DNA of 4,193 nucleotides from a virus (Duplodnaviria; Heunggongvirae; Uroviricota; Caudoviricetes): IMG/VR virus record IMGVR_UViG_2700989509_000012, positions 1 to 4,193 of that record; one strand, 5' to 3'. Shown piece by piece: positions 1 to 4,193 of this stretch (position 1 is its first letter; each line of letters starts with the position of its first letter). The notes under the pieces were generated by a model. It saw only the letters and a program-made list of their open reading frames with translations, ran no database searches and was not told where the DNA came from. The position numbers and the translations under genes were made by a program.

Positions 1-229
1 ATATTCAGATGCAGATTTTTTAATTCACGATCCATAACTCCCCCTGAAAATTATGTAAACACACACCAGTGATGAACAAAAAACAACCAGATTCGACACT
101 AAAAATTTTTATTTTTCTATATATCAATAACTTACACTGGTGGTGATGGTGCCATAAAAATCAAAAAATGCGCCTTTTTCCGCGCCGCCCGCCCCGTGTT
201 CAGGCCCACCCCACCAGGAGGACCCGCAA

Positions 230-250
230 AAATGATAATGGTTATCATTT
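230..250. promoter_or_regulatory. perfect 9-bp inverted repeat (AAATGATAA tgg TTATCATTT); core resembles a Fur-box 7-1-7 motif
   Basis: Arms 230-238 and 242-250 are exact reverse complements. Core TGATAATgGTTATCA (233-247) matches the 7-1-7 consensus TGATAATnATTATCA at 13 of 14 specified positions. Lies in an apparently non-coding stretch and overlaps the start of a 40-aa plus-strand ORF. Confidence 0.25.
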
Positions 251-454
251 GCAACAAAATCCAGTTTCTTCCACCATCGCACCGGACTGGCGACTATGAG
301 GGGAGAACGCCGCGCTCCGTTAACGCGGTAAACCCCGGTGTGTATCGTTTTTGATTATCCCCGCACACTCGCGCAGAGGAGTCTCCCTGTCGGGCTGCGG
401 TCTCTGTTAATGCAGGAATACGGCGACAATACCGCGCATGGATAATAAGGTCGC

Positions 455-679
455 TCAACACACTGGCTGTAATGCAGCGGATACCATGCGGCATTTAGCG
501 GCATTCATCGTACACTCCACGGTTAGCTCTTCATTCGTGGCATTCACCCGAAAGGTCCGGGAGTGTAATTGCGTACATTTACCACTGAACGAACCTTCAA
601 CAAGAACACGACCACGCTGCAAAATACGGAACGGAATTGTTCCCTGAAAAGGTTCTACGGTTATCCGTAATTTCTTCAT
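455..679 (-). CDS. hypothetical protein, 74 aa, translationally coupled to Rz
   Basis: ATG 679..677 overlaps the Rz stop TGA 678..676 (ATGA). SD GGAGGA (complement of 688-683) lies inside the last Rz codons. Product [74 protein letters not shown]; no family recognised. Confidence 0.5.
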   Translation of the reverse strand: MKKLRITVEPFQGTIPFRILQRGRVLVEGSFSGKCTQLHSRTFRVNATNEELTVECTMNAAKCRMVSAALQPVC

Positions 680-1170
680 GTATCCTCCGGATAATAAAAA
701 GCCTGCTTAGTACACTGAGTGCGGATATAGTCCTGTGCCCCTTCCACCTGCTTCTGCATTGTCATCAGCCGTTCTCTGAGGATGAAATAATCCCGTTCAG
801 CGGTGTCTGCCAGTCGGGGGCCGGTTGCATTATCCACGCCGGAGGTGCCGGTGGCTTCACGCACGGTACCGGAGCAGGTGGCGTTGATCCGCAGGCGCTT
901 ACGACCAGCGGCAACATCAGCACGCAGAGTTTCATTTTCAGCTCTCGCATCGGCTAATTCCCTCGAGTATTTTGCATCGAGCGCAGCAACATCGCGCTGG
1001 CGCACCTGCATATCAGTAATGGTTGCGTTTGCCAGCTCCAGCTCTCTGGCTTTTTTATCGCGCTGCTCTTTGTAGGTTATGGCGTTATCACGGTAATGAT
1101 TCAGCCCCAGACTAAGCGCACCACAGGCCACCAGCAGGGCAATGATGACCACGCACAGTACGCGGTTCAT
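676..1170 (-). CDS. Rz: i-spanin Rz (inner-membrane spanin subunit), 164 aa
   Basis: From ATG 1170: [68 protein letters not shown]...[35 protein letters not shown]... aligns along its length with lambda Rz as recalled (N-terminal TMD, coiled-coil periplasmic domain). Track ORF start at 1194 is a TTG extension. About 10 residues longer than lambda Rz at the C-terminus. Confidence 0.9.
   Translation of the reverse strand: MNRVLCVVIIALLVACGALSLGLNHYRDNAITYKEQRDKKARELELANATITDMQVRQRDVAALDAKYSRELADARAENETLRADVAAGRKRLRINATCSGTVREATGTSGVDNATGPRLADTAERDYFILRERLMTMQKQVEGAQDYIRTQCTKQAFYYPEDT
765..950 (-). CDS. Rz1: o-spanin Rz1 (outer-membrane lipoprotein), 61 aa, embedded in the +1 frame of Rz
   Basis: [61 protein letters not shown]: lipobox VVSAC, Pro-rich mature part, and lambda Rz1-like motifs [24 protein letters not shown]. 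Lies entirely within Rz in another frame, the classic embedded architecture. SD GAGGGA upstream of ATG 950. Confidence 0.88.
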   Translation of the reverse strand: MRELKMKLCVLMLPLVVSACGSTPPAPVPCVKPPAPPAWIMQPAPDWQTPLNGIISSSENG

Positions 1171-1171
1171 T

Positions 1172-1309
1172 TCACCACCAGCGTATCTGACCAATGAAAT
1201 AACCGGAAGCCATAATCACAAACACCAGCCAGATAAGGATGAACTTCCAGGTGGATAATTTTTCAGCCATCATTCGAATCTCCCGAATCAGTTTGCTAAA
1301 ATCAAACAC
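1172..1309 (-). CDS. small hydrophobic membrane peptide, 45 aa from GTG 1309 or 33 aa from ATG 1273
   Basis: Same frame as the 72-aa track ORF. AAGGAG (1320..1315) lies 5 nt before GTG 1309..1307; alternatively GGGAGA lies 5 nt before ATG 1273. Product ...[33 protein letters not shown] has one TMD. Stop TGA 1174..1172 is 1 nt before the Rz ATG. The 72-aa extension to 1390 would run through the terminator hairpin and has no RBS. Confidence 0.35.
   Translation of the reverse strand: MFDFSKLIREIRMMAEKLSTWKFILIWLVFVIMASGYFIGQIRWW
1294..1302 (+). promoter_or_regulatory. candidate extended -10 promoter (TGcTAAAAT) for a short plus-strand antisense transcript
   Basis: TG at 1294-1295, hexamer TAAAAT at 1297-1302 (5/6 to TATAAT). 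Predicted start near 1309, about 70-75 nt upstream of the 1346-1378 terminator T-tract. No good -35. Confidence 0.3.
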
Positions 1310-1345
1310 ACTTTCTCCTTTGACTTTTCCGGAGTCAGGAAACAC

Positions 1346-1378
1346 AAAACCCCGCTTGGTGCCAACAAACGGGGTTTT
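1346..1378. terminator. intrinsic terminator between endolysin and Rz, usable on both strands
   Basis: AAAA-CCCCG...CGGGG-TTTT. On minus RNA a 9-bp stem (CCCCGUUUG / CAAGCGGGG, one G-U), 7-nt loop, then UUUUGUGUUU. On plus RNA the same stem has one C-A mismatch and is followed by UUUUACUUUUAUU. Confidence 0.45.
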
Positions 1379-1467
1379 ACTTTTATTCACTTAGTTTTTG
1401 CCAGTTCGCAGGATTTCGTGTTATCCGCCCGTGTGAGCAAACCGCATTTTTCAGCAAAATATTCTGC

Positions 1468-2001
1468 TTATCTGTCAATTCCCCAGCACGCCAGCGCGCT
1501 CTCCTGGTCACGCCGTGAGACCTGACCGTAGCAGTTGTTTGAGCGAATACGGCAGTCTCTGCCACCGTCCTTAATCCACCAGCGAATCGCCTCACACGCA
1601 CCCCTGCGATCACCTGCATTAATTCGTCTGTAAAACGTCGACGGGAAACACTTACCGGGACCAATGTTGTACGGACAGAATGACGCGATCCCCGCTTTCT
1701 GGGGTTCGGTCAATGGCACTTTGATGTTTTTCTCCACCCATGCCAGCGCCTTATTACGCTCAATGGCGTTAACCTGAGCGCATTTTGCCTTCGACAACTT
1801 CATGCCTGGAACAACAGGTTTACCATCCACCATGATGGCACCACGGCAGATGGTCCAGATCCCCGCACCATCACGGTATGCCGTGGTGTGGTTACCTTCC
1901 TTTTCATCCAGAAACTGGTCGAGAATGTCAGGCGCAGGCGCACCAGCGGCAATCAGCGCCAGAACGGCAGCCGACAGGCCGTATTTGATTTTGGTGTTCA
2001 T
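1468..2001 (-). CDS. R: SAR endolysin (phage 21 R-type lysozyme, T4-lysozyme-like, GH24), 177 aa
   Basis: MNTKIKYGLSAAVLALIAAGAPAPDILDQFLDEKEGNHTTAYRDGAGIWTICRG...: Gly/Ala-rich weakly hydrophobic N-terminal signal-anchor-release segment, then the E...D...T catalytic region (EGxxxxAYxDxxGxxTICxG). Partner of a pinholin as in phage 21. Resembles the E. coli prophage lysozymes RrrD/RrrQ from memory. Confidence 0.92.
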   Translation of the reverse strand: MNTKIKYGLSAAVLALIAAGAPAPDILDQFLDEKEGNHTTAYRDGAGIWTICRGAIMVDGKPVVPGMKLSKAKCAQVNAIERNKALAWVEKNIKVPLTEPQKAGIASFCPYNIGPGKCFPSTFYRRINAGDRRGACEAIRWWIKDGGRDCRIRSNNCYGQVSRRDQESALACWGIDR

Positions 2002-2043
2002 GGATATTTATCAGGATTTATCGGCAACAGATAACGAGCCAGC

Positions 2044-3033
2044 TTATATACGTCCTTTAAGATAAGTCAGTCCTGGATGAAACCAGTAAGCCGGCACTTT
2101 TTTAAAGGGCGGATTATCAAAATCACGAAGAAGAGCCTCCCGCACAACTGCATCCTTGTCCGCACCACTGGCCAGCGCTTCAATCTCAGCAGCTATCTGC
2201 AGATATCCCATGCAACGACCAATGCACTTCATCAGCCCCTGCTTTTTATTGTTCTTCAGGTAATCAATGGCAAATTCAATGAGCTCCTCACTATGCTGGT
2301 GCGATGGCGGTGTTACTTTTCCATTTTCTGAGATGGTTATTTTCCCAGCATCACCGGATACAACAAAGGATGGCCGGTTACACTCCCATTCCAGGTCACT
2401 GAAATTATCATTATGAATACTGAAACACTCTGCGAGATTTCTGCTCATCACTTTCCGGCAATAATCGTAAAACGCAGCAAACTGCTCATCGCGGCGTTTT
2501 TTTTCAGGCTGCTGAAGATACTCTTTCAACCATGAAGCGCAGCTTAGATTCGCCGCGCGATCAGGAATAGCTTCTTTCATTTCGTCTGCTGCAAGCACCT
2601 CATTTTTTGTTGGGGTGCTTTTTTTCAATTCAGCGATATAGCACTCCAGTTTTTCAATACGTGATTCAATATCATCTTTTTCTGACCGCAATGCCGTCGG
2701 TGGCGTCTTCAGAGAACCAGTAATTCTTCCCGGTAGCTTTCCTCTGTAGGTTATCAACACATCCTGCGCCTCTAAAATGATGGGCCGCTTTTCCGGCAAC
2801 GGACCATCCCCTTCACATAACCCGGCAGCAACATCCATGAAAAACTGCTTCGCCTGCTTTTTCGCCTCAGCTTCGTAAAACTCCAGCGTGGCACCTTCAG
2901 TACGGTCAAGACTAATCGCCACATCTGGCAACAACAGTGACGGATACCCACCAATTTCCAGTGCCACAGTAACAGTAATCTTATCCGGGTAATTATTTAT
3001 CCCTTTAACAACCAGTTCGTATTTTTTCTTCAT
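2044..3033 (-). CDS. hypothetical protein, 329 aa, inserted between pinholin and SAR endolysin (moron/accessory gene of unknown function)
   Basis: Long minus-strand ORF, ATG 3033 to TAA 2046..2044. SD GGGGAGAG lies in the last holin codons; only 4 nt separate the holin stop from this ATG. No TMD or signal peptide by eye; predicted coiled-coil around DDIESRIEKLECYIAELKK. Visibly more AT-rich than flanking lysis genes (by eye, not counted). No family recognised. Confidence 0.85.
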   Translation of the reverse strand: MKKKYELVVKGINNYPDKITVTVALEIGGYPSLLLPDVAISLDRTEGATLEFYEAEAKKQAKQFFMDVAAGLCEGDGPLPEKRPIILEAQDVLITYRGKLPGRITGSLKTPPTALRSEKDDIESRIEKLECYIAELKKSTPTKNEVLAADEMKEAIPDRAANLSCASWLKEYLQQPEKKRRDEQFAAFYDYCRKVMSRNLAECFSIHNDNFSDLEWECNRPSFVVSGDAGKITISENGKVTPPSHQHSEELIEFAIDYLKNNKKQGLMKCIGRCMGYLQIAAEIEALASGADKDAVVREALLRDFDNPPFKKVPAYWFHPGLTYLKGRI

Positions 3034-3037
3034 CGCT

Positions 3038-3253
3038 TTACTCTCCCCGCGCCGCCTTACGCTTATCTTCTTTAATCTTGAAATAAAGATTTGTCAGATA
3101 CGTCAGCAGGCCAAACAGCAGACTTCCCAGCACACCTATTGCCACCCACTGGGACGGAGAGACTTTGTCCAGCAGCTGCAGTAACCAGTATCCCGTCCCC
3201 ACCGCTGACGTGGTGTATGACACACCTGTTGTGATTTTTTCCATCTGGTACAT
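3038..3253 (-). CDS. S: class II holin (pinholin), phage 21 S family, 71 aa with dual start (Met1/Met4)
   Basis: [71 protein letters not shown] matches phage 21 S / E. coli EssD-EssQ along its whole length as recalled from memory (two TMDs, C-terminal ...YLTNLYFKI(R/K)ED(R/K)RKAARGE). SD GGGAGA 6 nt before ATG 3253; second in-frame ATG at 3244. Confidence 0.9.
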   Translation of the reverse strand: MYQMEKITTGVSYTTSAVGTGYWLLQLLDKVSPSQWVAIGVLGSLLFGLLTYLTNLYFKIKEDKRKAARGE

Positions 3254-3288
3254 ACCCCGTCTCCCGTTATCCGGAAGCTCACAACATG

Positions 3289-3318
3289 AAAAAGGCCAGC
3301 AGCTGTTTACTGATGGCC
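3289..3318 (-). terminator. possible intrinsic terminator between the 90-aa gene and the holin
   Basis: On minus-strand RNA: GGCCAUCAG / CUGCUGGCC stem (9 positions, one C-U mismatch), 7-nt loop, followed by UUUUU (complement of 3293-3289). Lies between the stop at 3330 and the holin ATG at 3253. Confidence 0.3.
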
Positions 3319-3329
3319 CTGACTCCCCG

Positions 3330-3602
3330 TTACAGCATCATGACCGATTCGGGTTGAGGTTCAGTCGCATCGGCGACCGGTGATTCAGGCTGAACTTCAC
3401 CGCTCTCTGCGGTGGTATCTCCCGCTTCAGTCGGTGGCTCTGCCTGTACACCAAGCAGCTCATCCAGAATGGCATCAACCTCTGCATCAAGACGCGCCTC
3501 AAGATTCTGGCGGAGTTTCTGTTTCAGTGCGCTCCGGACTTCTTCAGAGCGCAGGACTTCCTTCACTGCTTCAGCAGTGACCAGGGATGTAATTTCTGAC
3601 AT
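3330..3602 (-). CDS. acidic hypothetical protein, 90 aa
   Basis: Internal ATG at 3602..3600 of the 148-aa track ORF, giving [90 protein letters not shown]. The upstream in-frame extension overlaps the 59-aa ORF and begins with a non-ATG codon. The C-terminal half has about 14 acidic and no basic residues. Weak SD (GAGAAA). Confidence 0.5.
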   Translation of the reverse strand: MSEITSLVTAEAVKEVLRSEEVRSALKQKLRQNLEARLDAEVDAILDELLGVQAEPPTEAGDTTAESGEVQPESPVADATEPQPESVMML

Positions 3603-3642
3603 GGGATTTTCTCGTTGAAAAGGGTTGTTAAGAAAGTTGCCG

Positions 3643-3822
3643 CTAAATGAGCGGCTCTTCGGGTTTGCTTCCGGCTGACTGACTGGCGCTGATTTTCTCT
3701 GCGGCCCTTTTGTCAATCTGCCTGCGCCAGCAATCGCGCACTGCCCTGTACCCACCCGAAAGGAGATACAGCACACAGACCACCGTACAGAAGTACAGCA
3801 TTAACTGGTTCAGAAATGTCAT
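3643..3822 (-). CDS. small single-TMD membrane protein, 59 aa (below the ORF-track size cutoff)
   Basis: ATG 3822..3820 to TAG 3645..3643, translated by hand: MTFLNQLMLYFCTVVCVLYLLSGGYRAVRDCWRRQIDKRAAEKISASQSAGSKPEEPLI. Hydrophobic stretch at residues 3-23, then a basic juxtamembrane segment and charged tail. Weak SD (ACGGAAAG). Family not recognised. Confidence 0.4.
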   Translation of the reverse strand: MTFLNQLMLYFCTVVCVLYLLSGGYRAVRDCWRRQIDKRAAEKISASQSAGSKPEEPLI

Positions 3823-3825
3823 AAT
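3817..3825 (+). promoter_or_regulatory. candidate extended -10 promoter element (TGtCATAAT) for a plus-strand antisense transcript
   Basis: TG at 3817-3818, then hexamer CATAAT at 3820-3825 (5/6 to TATAAT, the conserved A at hexamer position 2 and T at position 6 present). Predicted start near 3832, about 125 nt upstream of the plus terminator. A perfect TTGACA also sits at 3841-3846 but without a good -10 at 17 bp. Confidence 0.25.
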
Positions 3826-3918
3826 TTCTTTCCGTTATTGTTGACAATAAGAACTGTTTTCATTAAAAACCAGAGTACGAAAGTATCGTTCCTTTATTTT
3901 TTCTCCATAGGTATCACC

Positions 3919-3956
3919 ACCGCCAGCGTCCATTCCTGTCGCTGGCGGTTTTTTTT
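3919..3956 (+). terminator. canonical intrinsic terminator oriented for plus-strand transcription
   Basis: Perfect 10-bp stem 3919-3928 (ACCGCCAGCG) pairing with 3940-3949, 11-nt loop, then T8 at 3949-3956. On the minus strand the hairpin is preceded by A8 and followed by UGGUGAUACC (no U-tract), so it is unidirectional for plus. Confidence 0.55.
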
Positions 3957-3957
3957 A

Positions 3958-4193
3958 TCATGCCGCGGCATCCGCGTTGTTCACTTCCACCGCAATGCTG
4001 TCTATCAGTACCGGGTAAGTCGCACCTCTGGTAATGTCTGTCACATGCAGTTTATCCGCCGCAAAGGCACTGACCGGTGACTGCGTCAGCGTGAACGGTG
4101 TGCCATCCTGACCATCAATAACCGGCGTCACCTGAAGGCTGTTATTCCCGGCAAAGCGGAAAGCCAGCGTATGCCATTCGTTATCAAATGCGC
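3958..4193 (-). CDS. hypothetical protein, 3' end only (5' part lies beyond the window edge)
   Basis: Minus-strand frame open from 4193 down to TGA at 3960..3958, followed by TAA. Translation ends ...FDNEWHTLAFRFAGNNSLQVTPVIDGQDGTPFTLTQSPVSAFAADKLHVTDITRGATYPVLIDSIAVEVNNADAAA. Not Q-like (no Cys-rich zinc motif); family not recognised. Confidence 0.45.
   Translation of the reverse strand, partial: AFDNEWHTLAFRFAGNNSLQVTPVIDGQDGTPFTLTQSPVSAFAADKLHVTDITRGATYPVLIDSIAVEVNNADAAA

Noticed and set aside
160-200. Possible terminator from GCGC...GCGC flanked by A/T runs (about 165-185)
   Set aside because: Stem is only 4 bp with an 8-nt loop, too weak to call.
1-454. Searched for cos site, Bor lipoprotein gene, tRNA, CRISPR repeats and IS termini downstream of Rz
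   Set aside because: No lambda-like cos or terminase-binding repeats, no Bor-like lipoprotein ORF, no cloverleaf-compatible sequence, no repeat-spacer periodicity and no terminal inverted repeats were seen.
294-647. ORFs 294..494 (-, 66 aa) and 438..647 (+, 69 aa)
   Set aside because: No convincing RBS, and both overlap the better-supported 74-aa ORF that is coupled to Rz. Retained only as an alternative in the 74-aa finding.
637-1075. Plus-strand ORFs 637..957 (106 aa) and 803..1075 (90 aa)
   Set aside because: Antisense to the confidently identified Rz/Rz1 genes, no RBS, and Ala/Arg/Ser-rich composition typical of antisense frames of GC-rich coding DNA.
1310-1390. N-terminal extension of the 72-aa track ORF to a GTG at 1390
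   Set aside because: No RBS before 1390 and the extension would be translated through the 1346-1378 terminator hairpin. The downstream GTG 1309 (AAGGAG RBS) or ATG 1273 are far better supported.
1383-1664. Minus-strand ORF 1383..1664 (93 aa)
   Set aside because: Overlaps the SAR endolysin in another frame and crosses the terminator hairpin; Arg-rich shadow ORF.
1802-2065. Plus-strand ORF 1802..2065 (87 aa)
   Set aside because: Antisense to the endolysin gene; no translation signals.
2077-2954. ORFs 2077..2331 (+, 84 aa) and 2772..2954 (-, 60 aa)
   Set aside because: Both lie inside the 329-aa ORF (antisense and alternate frame respectively); the long ORF with good RBS explains the region.
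3165-3618. Plus-strand ORFs 3165..3383, 3380..3580 and 3412..3618
   Set aside because: Antisense to the holin and the 90-aa acidic gene; no RBS; amino-acid composition typical of shadow frames.
3603-3776. Upstream extension of the 148-aa track ORF 3330..3776
   Set aside because: The extension starts at a non-ATG codon, has no RBS, and overlaps the hand-translated 59-aa ORF in another frame. The internal ATG at 3602 is preferred.
3838-4080. Plus-strand ORF 3838..4080 (80 aa)
   Set aside because: Would be translated straight through the strong terminator at 3919-3956 and overlaps the minus-strand CDS at the window edge.
3958-4193. Possibility that the gene at the right edge is the late antiterminator Q
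   Set aside because: The C-terminal 77 residues are beta-strand-like and lack the Cys-rich zinc-binding region I would expect in Q proteins; Q and pR' are probably further upstream, outside the window.

Overview
The window is a lambdoid, phage-21-type prophage lysis cassette from an enterobacterial genome, with every supported gene on the minus strand. Reading the minus strand from 4193 down to 1: the 3' end of an unrecognised CDS, a 59-aa single-TMD protein, a 90-aa very acidic protein, a weak terminator, an S21-like pinholin with dual start, a 329-aa gene of unknown function inserted between holin and endolysin, a SAR endolysin, a terminator, a 33-45 aa membrane peptide, the Rz/Rz1 spanin pair, and a 74-aa ORF coupled to Rz by an ATGA overlap. 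Positions 1-455 look non-coding and carry a perfect 9-bp inverted repeat. The lysis genes are confidently identified by similarity recalled from memory to phage 21 S/R and lambda Rz/Rz1. The main candidate for a novel system is the low-GC 329-aa gene sitting where holin and endolysin normally abut. Two further candidates are small membrane-protein ORFs (59 aa and 33-45 aa) whose ribosome-binding regions lie opposite plus-strand units made of an extended -10 element and an intrinsic terminator, an arrangement resembling type I toxin/antisense RNA modules. Everything beyond the recognised lysis genes is hypothesis from sequence inspection only; no searches or folding programs were run.
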